A stretch of 64,000 nt of DNA from Candidatus Dormibacteria bacterium. GTDB taxonomy: Bacteria > Chloroflexota > Dormibacteria > Aeolococcales > Aeolococcaceae. The translations under genes were made by a program, and so were the position numbers. The DNA lies in contig JBEKIT010000005.1 in the NCBI GenBank assembly GCA_050011555.1, positions 36,379 through 100,378 of the forward strand, read 5' to 3'. Positions within the stretch are counted from its first letter, which is position 1; each line of letters opens with the position of its first letter. Positions 47,387 to 56,130 of the stretch are shown here, piece by piece. The notes below the pieces were generated by a model. That model was not told where the DNA came from. It did no database searches and saw nothing but the letters and a program-made list of their open reading frames with translations.

Positions 47387-47908
47387 TCACTCCGTGGCCG
47401 CGAGCTCCTTGGTGAAGAAGATGCAGGGGAATCCCCACACCTGACCGCGACCGCTCTCGGTGAAGCCCTCAGCACGGTAGAGGGCGACGGCCGCGACCTG
47501 GCCCTCGGTGGTGTCCAGGACCATGCGGTGGTACCCGAGATCGATCGCCCGCTCCTCGAGGCGGCGCAGGAGGAGGCGCCCGAAGCCACGCCGTTGCACG
47601 TCGGGGTGCACCCGCATCCGCTTGACCTCGGCGGTCGCGTCCTCATGCCACCGCAGGGCGGCCATGGCCACGATACGGCCGTCGAGGAGGCCCACCAGGA
47701 ACTCTCCCCGGCCGTCGAGGTAGACCTCGGAGACGTGGTGGAGGTCGTCGTCCCACACGCCGTTTCCGGCGTGAGCCCCGACCGCGCGCAGGGCGAGGTT
47801 GTGCAGCTCCCAGACGGCGTCGTGATCGCCGTCGCGGTAGCGGCGGATCAGCAACTCGGTCTCCGCCGCCTCGGCTCCGTGTGGGTGGGGGTTCTCGATA
47901 CCGCCCAC
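47387..47908 (-). CDS. GNAT-family N-acetyltransferase
   Basis: Acetyl-CoA motif RVHPDVQRRGFGRLLLRRLEERA (Q/RxxGxG/A). Confidence 0.85.
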   Translation of the reverse strand: MGGIENPHPHGAEAAETELLIRRYRDGDHDAVWELHNLALRAVGAHAGNGVWDDDLHHVSEVYLDGRGEFLVGLLDGRIVAMAALRWHEDATAEVKRMRVHPDVQRRGFGRLLLRRLEERAIDLGYHRMVLDTTEGQVAAVALYRAEGFTESGRGQVWGFPCIFFTKELAATE

Positions 47909-48037
47909 GCTACGCCGTGAGGTGCCGGTCGACGAAGGCGAAGATGCGCGCGCGGGCGTCGAGCGCGGACGGCTCGTGGTAACCGTGCGTCACCGTCCTG
48001 CCGGCCAGCCGGAGGAGGAGCGGGATGCGGTCACCGC

Positions 48038-49009
48038 TCAGTTCCGCTCCGCCGTGGACGTGCCCAGCTCGCGGGCGATCTCCCCCGCCCAGCCCTCGAT
48101 CGCGGGCCAATCGCGGAAGTCGCCCTCCGGCATGAGCTGGCGCATCGCGGGCGCGGTGCGCATGAGCCGCTCCGTCCGCCCAAGTCGGCTGGGGTCGAGG
48201 CCGCCCAAGAAGACGCGCAGGTCGCGCGGCTTCAGGATGTTCCGGAACTCGGCGAACTGCTTGGGCTCGGAGGCCTCGAGGATGTCCCTTCCCTTGGGGT
48301 CGGTGGTTGCCGTCCCCAGCGGGCCGCTGCTGAACAGCCAGAGGGGCCGGGCGGCGAGGGCGTCCCGGTTGCGCCGCACGAACTCGGTCGCCGGCGGCAG
48401 CCACTGGCCAACGTAGGCGGCGCTGCCGATGACGAAGGCGTCATAGCCGGAGAGGTCGCCGACCGAGGCCAGGGGGCGCTCGTCCACCGTCCGCCCGGAC
48501 GCCCGCAGCGCCGTGGCGAGTCGGTCGGCGATGCCCTGGGTGAACCCGTGCCGGCTCGCGTAGGCCACCAGCACCGATCCGGTGGCGTGCCCCCCGTCCC
48601 CCGCCGTCGCGGGCACGGTGCGCTCCCGGGCGGGCGCCGGGGGGGCCGCCACCGCGTGGTGGGCGGCGGACAGCACCCACATCACGACGAGCCCGATCAT
48701 CAGCGCCGCCAGCGTCCCCCAGCCGTCCCCGACCAGGGTGGCGATCCCCAGCCCCAGAAGGACGGCGCCGACCAGGCCGACGAAGCTGGTCCACAGGCCT
48801 GGCTTCTGGCCATAGGCCGCCGACATCGGGCAGAGCAGCACCGTGCTGATCAGCACGATCGAGGCCATGGCCCGGGGGTCCTTGATGAATCCGACGCTGC
48901 CCAGGTGGAGCAGCGCCGCGTACGTCGCCAGGTCGGCGAGCACGACGACCAGTGCCACACCATCTCGCCACCGCTGGGCCGGCACGCCCCGGTTGTTCAT
49001 CGCTCCCAT
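48038..49009 (-). CDS. Membrane-anchored flavodoxin-domain protein
   Basis: N-terminal 4 TM helices (ALVVVLADLATYAALL...IVLISTVLLCPMSAAYG...FVGLVGAVLLGLGIATLV...LAALMIGLVVMWVLSA). The C-terminal flavodoxin-like domain has SVLVAYASRHGFTQGIADRLATAL and DAFVIGSAAYVGQW. Confidence 0.7.
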   Translation of the reverse strand: MGAMNNRGVPAQRWRDGVALVVVLADLATYAALLHLGSVGFIKDPRAMASIVLISTVLLCPMSAAYGQKPGLWTSFVGLVGAVLLGLGIATLVGDGWGTLAALMIGLVVMWVLSAAHHAVAAPPAPARERTVPATAGDGGHATGSVLVAYASRHGFTQGIADRLATALRASGRTVDERPLASVGDLSGYDAFVIGSAAYVGQWLPPATEFVRRNRDALAARPLWLFSSGPLGTATTDPKGRDILEASEPKQFAEFRNILKPRDLRVFLGGLDPSRLGRTERLMRTAPAMRQLMPEGDFRDWPAIEGWAGEIARELGTSTAERN

Positions 49010-49148
49010 CTCGCATCCCCCTGGTGACCCACGCTCGGCGCCCAGGGTCGGCCATCCGGGGAGAGGACGCCAGAGACGGACGTCCGGCCGCGGTGATGCC
49101 CGGCGATGCCGAGGGCAGGGCTCAAGGTCCCGACCCCACCGCCCGCGC

Positions 49149-50189
49149 TCAGCCGCCGAGTACGATCTCCGCGACCTGGCGGACCGCGGTCACCTCGGGC
49201 CGGACGTGCACCAGCAGAGTCGTCAGCAGTGAACGCCTCCACTCCGCCAGCTCCTCGCGGATCTTGGCGGCGGGGCCGATCAGGGCAACCTGCTCGACGA
49301 CGGCGGTGGGGATGGCGGCGGCGGCCTCGCGGGTGCGTCCAGCCGTCCAGAGCTCGCGCACCTGGGTGGCCACGCTCTCGTACCCCATCCGCACGAACGC
49401 GTTGTAGTGGAAGTTGCGGCCGCGCGGCCCCATCCCCCCGATGAACCGGGCGAAGAGGCCCCGCAGCCGGTCCGCGGCGGCCTCGACGTCGTCGTCGACG
49501 ATCAACGGGACGGTGCCCAGGATCTCGAAGCTCTCCGCGGCGGCGTGGGCCCCCGGGCGCGCCGCGCCCTCGGCCAGAGCCAGGCGGTAATGAGCGTCGT
49601 GATGCGGCGAGTAGTAGGTCGCCATCCAGCCGTCGGCAATCTCGCGGGCCAGGGCGACGTTCTTCGGGCCCTCGGCGGCGAGCACGATGGGGAGATCGGG
49701 ACGGAGCGGCCGCACCATGGAGAGGAAGGGCCGGCCGAGCCCTGAGCCTCCCCGGAGGGGCAGCGAGAGGTACCGGCCCTGGTACTCCACCGGCTCGCGT
49801 CGGAGGAGCACCCGGCGGACGATCTCGACGTAGTCGCGGGTCCGCCCGAGCGGCGGGTCGAAGGGCTGCCCGTACCATCCCTCGACCAGCTCGGGCCCGG
49901 AGACACCGAGGCCCAGGACGAAGCGGCCGCCGGAGAGGTGATCGAGTGAGAGGGCCGCCATGGCCGTCGCCGCCGGGGCCCGCGCGGCCATGTGCATGAT
50001 GCACGTGCCCAGCCGCATCGTCGTGGTGTGCGCGCCGATCCAGGCGAGCGGGGTCAGGGCGTCGGAACCGGAGGCCTCGGAGGTCCACACCGACTCGTAG
50101 CCCAGGGCCTCAGCCACACGGACGGTCTCCAGCAGTCCGGGCGGCGGACCGGCCTCGCCCCAGAAGCCGAGCAGCAGGCCGAGTTTCAC
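49149..50189 (-). CDS. LLM-class F420-dependent oxidoreductase (luciferase-like monooxygenase family)
   Basis: MKLGLLLGFWGE...VAEALGYESVWTSE...RLGTCIMHMAARAPA...GGRFVLGLGVSGPE is the typical LLM TIM barrel. Confidence 0.85.
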   Translation of the reverse strand: MKLGLLLGFWGEAGPPPGLLETVRVAEALGYESVWTSEASGSDALTPLAWIGAHTTTMRLGTCIMHMAARAPAATAMAALSLDHLSGGRFVLGLGVSGPELVEGWYGQPFDPPLGRTRDYVEIVRRVLLRREPVEYQGRYLSLPLRGGSGLGRPFLSMVRPLRPDLPIVLAAEGPKNVALAREIADGWMATYYSPHHDAHYRLALAEGAARPGAHAAAESFEILGTVPLIVDDDVEAAADRLRGLFARFIGGMGPRGRNFHYNAFVRMGYESVATQVRELWTAGRTREAAAAIPTAVVEQVALIGPAAKIREELAEWRRSLLTTLLVHVRPEVTAVRQVAEIVLGG

Positions 50190-50213
50190 GACCGCCTAGT
50201 GTGACTGCGCCAG

Positions 50214-50669
50214 ATGGGCATGGCATTCCGGCATCGGGCGCTCCTCACGGCGGGGGTCTATGATCCTGCCGAGAAGCGTCGTTGTGACCAACCGCACCAA
50301 GCTTGCAGATCCCGCCCCGACACCCTGGTCGTCGTCGGCACCGCGAGCCGGGTTCCCGACGCGATCCGGCTGGCGCTGAGGACCAGGCCGCAAGTGGCGG
50401 TCGTGGACGTCAGCATGCCGGACGGTGGCGGTTGGGCGGCGGCCCGTGGCCTGCGGGAGGTCTGCCCGGGCATCCGCCTGGTCGCTTTCACCTCGTTCGA
50501 CAACGCGCTGGTGATCCGGACCATCGCGGCCGCCGGGATCAACGCCTACGTGACCAAGGGGTCCGCCATCGAGGTCCTGCTGGCGGCGATCCACGGCGAG
50601 GACGTGATGCCGGCACCGCCGCAGCGAATGTCCCTCATCCGCAGGACCGCCGGGGTGACGACGGACTAG
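50214..50669 (+). CDS. Stand-alone receiver (REC) domain protein lacking the conserved N-terminal acidic pair (pseudo-receiver?)
   Basis: LVVVGTASRVPDAIRLAL...VAVVDVSMPDGGGWAAARGLRE...IRLVAFTSFDN...AGINAYVTKGS keeps the phospho-acceptor Asp, the Thr and the Lys. The beta1 DD pair is replaced by GT. No output domain. Confidence 0.5.
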   Translation: MGMAFRHRALLTAGVYDPAEKRRCDQPHQACRSRPDTLVVVGTASRVPDAIRLALRTRPQVAVVDVSMPDGGGWAAARGLREVCPGIRLVAFTSFDNALVIRTIAAAGINAYVTKGSAIEVLLAAIHGEDVMPAPPQRMSLIRRTAGVTTD

Positions 50670-51283
50670 ATGTGAGCCTCCGGGACCTCGGCCGGCGTGC
50701 GCTGAAGTCGGTACCAGCCGAACCCTCGGCCGCCATCAACGTCCCCCGACTCGTCGACCGTGAACCAGCGAGCGAAGCGCCGACCCACGTCGGCCGTGCC
50801 CGTTCCCGGCGCCCCGATCAGCCGCCAGCTCGCGGGGATGGACCGGAACCCGAAGAGTAGGAACGTCGCCGCCAGTGCCGCGGCTCGGGCGACTGCCTCG
50901 GCGTACCGCTCCCTGCCAACCTCGGAGAGCCCGTGGTAGCAGCCGACGTCGAGGATCAGGTCGAACCGGCGGTCATCGAGGAGCGCGTCGAGGCGCGTCA
51001 CATCGCCGACGCGGAGGTCTGCCTTCACCCCGGCCTGCTCCGCTCGCCGCCGCGCCCTGGCGATCGCGGAGGGCACGTAGTCGATCCCGACCACCTCCCA
51101 GCCCAGACCGGCAAGGCGGACAGCCGACGTCCCCGTTCCGCAGCCAAGGTCGAGGAAACGGCCCGGCGACAGGTGTCGAACCACGTCGACGAGGACGTCG
51201 GGAGCCCGCCCCGTGTCCCAGTTCGGTTTGCCATGCGCGTAGCTGAGCCGGTAGAAGAGCCGGCCTACCCTCTCTCGGATCAT
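50666..51283 (-). CDS. Class I SAM-dependent methyltransferase
   Basis: Motif I FLDLGCGTGTSAVRLAGLGWEVVGIDYVPSAI. Confidence 0.8.
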   Translation of the reverse strand: MIRERVGRLFYRLSYAHGKPNWDTGRAPDVLVDVVRHLSPGRFLDLGCGTGTSAVRLAGLGWEVVGIDYVPSAIARARRRAEQAGVKADLRVGDVTRLDALLDDRRFDLILDVGCYHGLSEVGRERYAEAVARAAALAATFLLFGFRSIPASWRLIGAPGTGTADVGRRFARWFTVDESGDVDGGRGFGWYRLQRTPAEVPEAHI

Positions 51284-51313
51284 GGGGAGTTCCCCTCAGC
51301 TGTTCGATGCTAA

Positions 51314-51330
51314 TGACTGACGGTCAGTCA
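51314..51330. promoter_or_regulatory. Perfect 17-bp palindrome TGACTGACgGTCAGTCA (operator 1, putative TetR site)
   Basis: Seen directly in the sequence. It lies 31 nt upstream of the divergent methyltransferase start. Confidence 0.5.
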
Positions 51331-51392
51331 TAGAGTAGCCGGTCGGCATCCTGGCGTCAAGACCCTTTGCTTCCAGGGCGATTCCCAGCTAC

Positions 51393-51405
51393 ACTGACGG
51401 TCAGT
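51393..51405. promoter_or_regulatory. Second copy of the operator core ACTGACgGTCAGT (operator 2)
   Basis: It has the same core as operator 1 and abuts the tetR start codon (about 51409), suggesting autoregulation. Confidence 0.5.
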
Positions 51406-51408
51406 CAT

Positions 51409-52020
51409 ATGCGTACCGGAGAGCCGAAAACGAGGTGGAGGCCCGCCCGGCATGTCCGCCTCGGCTCCGCGGCCCGCCGCGAGGCAATCCTCGAGGGCGC
51501 ACGGCGAGCGCTGATCGCGGGGGGCTTGGCCGGGACGACCATGGACGACGTCGCGGCGGCGGCGGGCGTCGCCAAGGGCACCCCCTACCTCTACTTCAGT
51601 TCCAAGGCCGACCTGATCGAGACCATCCGTCTGGAGTACGGCATGGACCTGCTGGCGCAGGGCGGCGGCGTTCTCGACCCGGAGGTGGCGTCAGGCGAGC
51701 CGGCCACCCAGCGGTTGGAGCGCTTTGCCCTCTCGATATTCGACTTCGCGGTCGTGCACCAGGACCTCCACCACGCACTGTTCGAGGACTCCCGGGCCTC
51801 CGAGGGTGAGCACCTCCAGCCGGTCACCGCCACCGTCGAGCGGTTCCTGGAGTCGGCCATGGCATCGGGGGAACTCGGCCCTGGGAGTCCCCGCCTGCTG
51901 GCGCACGTGCTCGTCGCTGGAGCTCACGCCGCGATGGTGCCCGCGATGCACCGGCGCCCCCCGGACCGGGAGGCATTCCTGACCCTCACGCGCGATCTGG
52001 TCCATCGCCTCTTCCGCTGA
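51409..52020 (+). CDS. TetR-family transcriptional regulator
   Basis: HTH ILEGARRALIAGGLAGTTMDDVAAAAGVAKGTPYLYFSSKADLIETI. The internal ATG at 51409 was preferred over the track start at 51367. Confidence 0.85.
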   Translation: MRTGEPKTRWRPARHVRLGSAARREAILEGARRALIAGGLAGTTMDDVAAAAGVAKGTPYLYFSSKADLIETIRLEYGMDLLAQGGGVLDPEVASGEPATQRLERFALSIFDFAVVHQDLHHALFEDSRASEGEHLQPVTATVERFLESAMASGELGPGSPRLLAHVLVAGAHAAMVPAMHRRPPDREAFLTLTRDLVHRLFR

Positions 52021-52038
52021 TCCCGCGACCGGTCGCGA

Positions 52039-52674
52039 TCAGCTGAGGGAGCGCTCGCCCGACGCCACCCGGTGGCCGGCGAGCGCGGCGGCCGGCTCCG
52101 CCGCGCGGCGCAGAGATCGGACCTCCTCCTCGCGCGCCGCGAACCAGGCCAGGCTCGCCGGCAGGACGAAGGGGACGAGGAGCAGCCGCAGCCAGTCCCA
52201 GAGGGTGTTGCCCCGGTACCCCGTCCACCCCCAACCGAGGGCGTACCCCCCGACAACGGTCAGGACGAAGGCCGCGAGCACGGCCAGGCCGGCACGGCGC
52301 CAGCGGCCCTCCCAACGGGTGTGAGTCGTGAACCACAACGGCAGCGAGGCGATGACCAGAGGGAGGGCCAGCAGCTCGAGCCAGTCCCAGAGGGTGTTGC
52401 CGGAGAAGCCGGTCCAGTCCCAGCCGAGGCCGTAACCGCCAACGACGAGGATTGCGAAGGCGACAACGATCACCGCCAGGACGGCTCGCCACTCGATCAT
52501 CCACCGCTCACGGGTTCGGTACCAGATCGGCAGAGTGGCCAGCACGAGCGGCAGGACGATGACCTGGAGGAGATCCCAGAGCTGGTCCTGACCGGTGACC
52601 CCGGTCCAGGCCCAGTGGAAGCCGTACCCGCCGACCACCGAGACGCAGAGGGCGACGACGCCGATCGGCAGCAC
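52039..52674 (-). CDS. Hypothetical integral membrane protein built from three tandem ~65-aa repeats
   Basis: Repeat unit V(V)GGY(G/A)xxWxWTGxxGxxxLWDxLxxxxxPxVxxxLPxWxxT/RxRW(xx)RWR recurs three times: VVGGYGFHWAWTGVTGQDQLWDLLQVIVLPLVLATLPIWYRTRERW, VVGGYGLGWDWTGFSGNTLWDWLELLALPLVIASLPLWFTTHTRWEGRW and VVGGYALGWGWTGYRGNTLWDWLRLLLVPFVLPASLAWF. That gives 6 predicted TM helices. GTG start. Confidence 0.6.
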   Translation of the reverse strand: MLPIGVVALCVSVVGGYGFHWAWTGVTGQDQLWDLLQVIVLPLVLATLPIWYRTRERWMIEWRAVLAVIVVAFAILVVGGYGLGWDWTGFSGNTLWDWLELLALPLVIASLPLWFTTHTRWEGRWRRAGLAVLAAFVLTVVGGYALGWGWTGYRGNTLWDWLRLLLVPFVLPASLAWFAAREEEVRSLRRAAEPAAALAGHRVASGERSLS

Positions 52675-53069
52675 CCAGCGGATCGCCGCTGTGGCCGCTG
52701 GCTCGGGTGCGGTGGAGGTGGCGGCAGTGGCGGCGGCGGTTCGAGGGGCGGCGACGTCAGCGGCGGTCGCGAAGGTGCTGGTGCCAGTGGCCGCCGGGGT
52801 GATGCCGGCGGTGGCAGGAGCAGTGCCGGGGGACGCAGGGTCGGCTTCGAGCGCAGCATCGGAGGCGGTACCGACTGCCGTCTCCGGCCGTGCGGAAGCG
52901 GTGGTGGGGGGCTCTCCCGTCGAGAGACATCATGCCTGGTCGCGGCGCGAGCGCCAAGCCGGGTGGGAGGTTGCGGGTCAGCGGCCGGCAGCAGCGGTCA
53001 GTGCCGACCTCCTCCGGCGTCTCGTACCAGCGGACGCGCTCGCCGATGCGACTGCGCATCTTCCAGACC

Positions 53070-53384
53070 ATGCTGTTGGGGGCATCGTCGATCGCAGCCC
53101 GGATGGCCGCGATTCCAGAGCGGCCCGCATTCCACGTTCCCGCCATCGTCTACGGCGCGAGCAAGGCCGCCGTCTCGATGCTCACTCTCCAGTATGCCAA
53201 GGCGCTGCCGGACATCAAGTTCAACGCGGTCGAGCCCGGCCACACCGTCACCGATCTCGGAGGAGGAGGCAGCGGCGGCCGACCCGTCGAGGAGAGCACC
53301 AAGGTCATCGTCCGCATGGCCACCATCGGCACGGACGGCCCCACCGGCACCTTCCAGGAGGACGTGGGCGAGCTCGCCTGGTAG
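53070..53384 (+). pseudogene. C-terminal remnant of a classical SDR (short-chain dehydrogenase) gene
   Basis: MLLGASSIAARMAAIPERPAFHVPAIVYGASKAAVSMLTLQYAKALPDIKFNAVEPGHTVTDL has the SDR YxxxK active site and the PG motif. The Rossmann N-terminal half (TGxxxGIG, NAG) is absent. The upstream sequence is occupied by the repeat-protein gene on the other strand. Confidence 0.55.
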
Positions 53385-53467
53385 TGCTCGTCCTTCCGCG
53401 ACCCCTCGGCCAGCAATCACGGCAAGCTCATACGGCGAGGGGCTGCGCCTCCGCCAGGGCCGGTGCA

Positions 53468-55060
53468 CTACCCGAGGTCGGCGAGCAGGCCGCTGCGCGG
53501 GGCGAGCAGGGTCCGCCCCGGCAGTGACTCGCCGGCCCGCCCGCCGTCGGTGGCGACCACCACCCGCCCGCTGATCCCCGACACCTCCACCAGGCCGTCG
53601 GTGAGGTTGACGGCGATCGCATGCGCCGTCCCGCGCCGCCAGGCCAGGACGCCCTCCGGCGAGGCCAGCCAGGTCATCTCGCCCCGGCGCAGCTCGTCGC
53701 GATCCGCCCGCGCCGCGAGCAGGTCGTGACAGAGGCAGAGCGTCGAGTGCGGGTCAGCTCGCTGGCCGGCGACGGAATTCCTGGTGCAATCCCCGAGGGG
53801 CAGCCAGGGGGTGACCCCGGGGCGGGTGAAGCCGCCTCCGGGCTGGGCCGACCACTGCATCGGCGTCCGAGCCGGGTCGCGACGCCCACCCCGGTCGCGT
53901 CGCCGGTTCGCCGGGACCTCCACGTCGGTCATGCCGATCTCGTCGCCGTAGTAGAGGAGGGGGGTCCCCCGCAGGGTGAGCAGGAGGAGAAGGGCGCAGC
54001 GCGCCAGCGCCTGGTCCCCGCCGCACCAGCGGCTGGCCAGGTGGCCGTCGTCGTGACTGGAGCCGCACCAGAGCGGCCACGCTCTCGGGGGCAGGGCGGC
54101 CAGGGTCGCATCCACGGTCGTCCGCATCGCGGCGGCGGTGAGTGGCGTGCGCAGGAAGGGGATGTTGAGGGCGAGCTGCAGCTCGTCGCCGGCTCCGTAG
54201 AAGGGGGCCAGCCGCTCCACGGCGCCCACGTAGGTCTCCCCCAGCAGCAGCCGGGGAGGGTCGAGGGAGTCGGCGAGGCGGCGCCAGGAGCGGAGGATGT
54301 CGTGGAGCTCGGGGCGCTCGGCGTTCATGAGCTGGCGCTGGCCCCGTTGCCGGCTCACCGGATCGTCGTCGGGGTGGAGGGACGGGTTGTCGCGAAGCCG
54401 GTCGTCGACCACCAGCTTGTGGGCCACGTCGACGCGCACCCCGTCGGCGCCGCGGGCGAACCAGCTCGCCAGGATGTCGAAGAACTCGTCGCGGACCGCG
54501 GGGTTCCGCCAGTTGAGGTCCACCTGCTCGGGGAGGAAGGAGCTCAGATACCACTGACCGCTGGGCGGGTCGAAGGTCCAGGCGCTGCGGGGCAAACCGC
54601 GCTCCCGGAAGTCGCTCAGCCAGTTGTTCGGCGGTGCGGCCCCCCGCCCGTCCGCCCAGACGTACCAGTCCCGGCGCGGCGCGCCACGCCCCGCCCGGGC
54701 CTCCACGAACCACGAATGCTCGACGCTCGTGTGGTTGGGGACGAGATCCAGCAGCACCCGGATGCCCCTCTCGTGGGCCGTGGCGATCAGCGCGTCGAGG
54801 GCCACATCGCCACCCAGCGATGGCTGGACCCGGCGGTAGTCGCTGACGTCGTAGCCGAAGTCGGCGTCCGGGCTCACCGAGGTCGGGGAGAGCCAGATGG
54901 CGTTCACCCCCAGCCAGCTCAGGTGGTCGAGACGGCCGGTCAGCCCGGGGAGGTCGCCGACCCCGTCGCCGTCCGAGTCGGCGAAGCTGCGGACGTAGAC
55001 GTGGTAGAGGACGGCATCACGCCACCAGTCCGGCGCCTCATCGCTCACCTGGCGCGACAT
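53468..55060 (-). CDS. GH13 alpha-glucosidase/oligo-1,6-glucosidase-like alpha-amylase-family hydrolase
   Basis: From ATG at 55058-55060: PDWWRDAVLYHVYVRSFADSDGDGVGDLPGLTGRLDHLSWLGVNAIWLSP, ...GYDVSDYRRV..., GIRVLLDLVPNHTS (region I), GADGVRVDVAHKL (region II with the catalytic Asp), LLLGETYV (region III Glu), NHD-like region IV. The 440-codon N-terminal extension of the 971-aa track ORF was rejected. Confidence 0.85.
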   Translation of the reverse strand: MSRQVSDEAPDWWRDAVLYHVYVRSFADSDGDGVGDLPGLTGRLDHLSWLGVNAIWLSPTSVSPDADFGYDVSDYRRVQPSLGGDVALDALIATAHERGIRVLLDLVPNHTSVEHSWFVEARAGRGAPRRDWYVWADGRGAAPPNNWLSDFRERGLPRSAWTFDPPSGQWYLSSFLPEQVDLNWRNPAVRDEFFDILASWFARGADGVRVDVAHKLVVDDRLRDNPSLHPDDDPVSRQRGQRQLMNAERPELHDILRSWRRLADSLDPPRLLLGETYVGAVERLAPFYGAGDELQLALNIPFLRTPLTAAAMRTTVDATLAALPPRAWPLWCGSSHDDGHLASRWCGGDQALARCALLLLLTLRGTPLLYYGDEIGMTDVEVPANRRRDRGGRRDPARTPMQWSAQPGGGFTRPGVTPWLPLGDCTRNSVAGQRADPHSTLCLCHDLLAARADRDELRRGEMTWLASPEGVLAWRRGTAHAIAVNLTDGLVEVSGISGRVVVATDGGRAGESLPGRTLLAPRSGLLADLG

Positions 55061-55221
55061 AGCGGGGCTGCCGGCATGGTCGGATGGTAGCCGGACCGTG
55101 GCCCACCGCCGAGGCCGCTCAGAGGACCGGCGAATACGGTGCTCCTCGTGCCGGAGGGGTCCGACCCGGGGAACTCCGCCACCGCGACGGCCTGAGCGCG
55201 GCGAGCAATGGCGTGTCGCAC

Positions 55222-56130
55222 TCAGACAGGCGTCACCAGCTCGGTGCGCAGCTCGTGAGCCCCGTCCTCCCGGGTGGCCTCGTAGTAGAGGCGGTACCCG
55301 CCGAAGGGTAGCGGGACCAGGCTGACGTAGCGGAGGCCGCCCCGTCCGTGGGGCGAGGCGGCCACCGGACCCTCCCCGTTCGCGGTGAGACCGACTGGCG
55401 ATGTCCCCGTGGCCAGGCCGGTGCGCTCCTCGAAGTTCTCGGCGGCGCTGGCGCGGCCATCGTAGAGGGCCATCCAGGCTCCGCCCCGTCGCCACACCGC
55501 GGTGACCCGAGTGCCGCGCGCGTCCCACCCGGAGGCTCGGGGCCGGAGCGCGATCCCGTCCCACCGCCACACCAGGCCGTCCGGGCTCACCGCGTGACTG
55601 GTCCACATCCGGTCGGTGGCCCCGGGGTCGTCGAGGGGGTGGATGCAGGCCCACATCTCCCAGCCCGACCCCCGCCGGATGATGACCGGGTCCTTGACCG
55701 CCGCCCCGGTGTCGCCGGGCAGCACCATGCGCGGCCGGGCGGCGGGGAGGGCCTCGAGGCTGGCCGCCTCCAGCAGCTCCACCCGCCAGTGCTTGGTGCC
55801 GGGGGTGGCGCAGCTCAGGTAGAGCCGCCAGTGCCCGTCGGGGGTGCGGGCCAGGGCCGGTCGCTCCAGCGACTCCGCGCCGAGCAGGTCCTTGGAGATC
55901 ACCGCCACCGGCTCGAAGGCGACCTGATCCGCGGAGCGGGCGACCACGACGTCGACGCCCCTCCCCTGCTCCTCCGGGCGCCGCACCCGGTAGGCCAGGT
56001 GCATGACGCCGTCGGTGAGGAGCGCGGCGGCGGCCCCCGCCCAGTTCCCCGGGCCGGGCCCCGGCGCCGGGACCACCACCTGGGAGGCGCCGAAGCGCGG
56101 GATCGGGGGCGGAGCCGCCATGCCTTCCAT
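55222..56130 (-). CDS. Hypothetical beta-propeller protein (GH43/GH130-like fold candidate)
   Basis: Repeated blade-like segments: GVMHLAYRV...VDVVVARSADQVAFEP; DGHWRLYLSCA; KDPVIIRRGSGWEMWAC; DRMWTSHAVSPDGLVWRW; AWMALYDG; YVSLVPLPFGGYRLYYEA. It is translationally coupled (ATGA) to the upstream kinase-like gene. Confidence 0.5.
   Translation of the reverse strand: MEGMAAPPPIPRFGASQVVVPAPGPGPGNWAGAAAALLTDGVMHLAYRVRRPEEQGRGVDVVVARSADQVAFEPVAVISKDLLGAESLERPALARTPDGHWRLYLSCATPGTKHWRVELLEAASLEALPAARPRMVLPGDTGAAVKDPVIIRRGSGWEMWACIHPLDDPGATDRMWTSHAVSPDGLVWRWDGIALRPRASGWDARGTRVTAVWRRGGAWMALYDGRASAAENFEERTGLATGTSPVGLTANGEGPVAASPHGRGGLRYVSLVPLPFGGYRLYYEATREDGAHELRTELVTPV

Noticed and set aside
47910-48404. 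164-aa minus-strand ORF overlapping the 3' end of the flavodoxin gene
   Set aside because: It is mostly low-complexity. Only its last about 30 residues (…GYHEPSALDARARIFAFVDRHLTA) vaguely resemble an alpha/beta-hydrolase C-terminus. That is too short to call even as a pseudogene.
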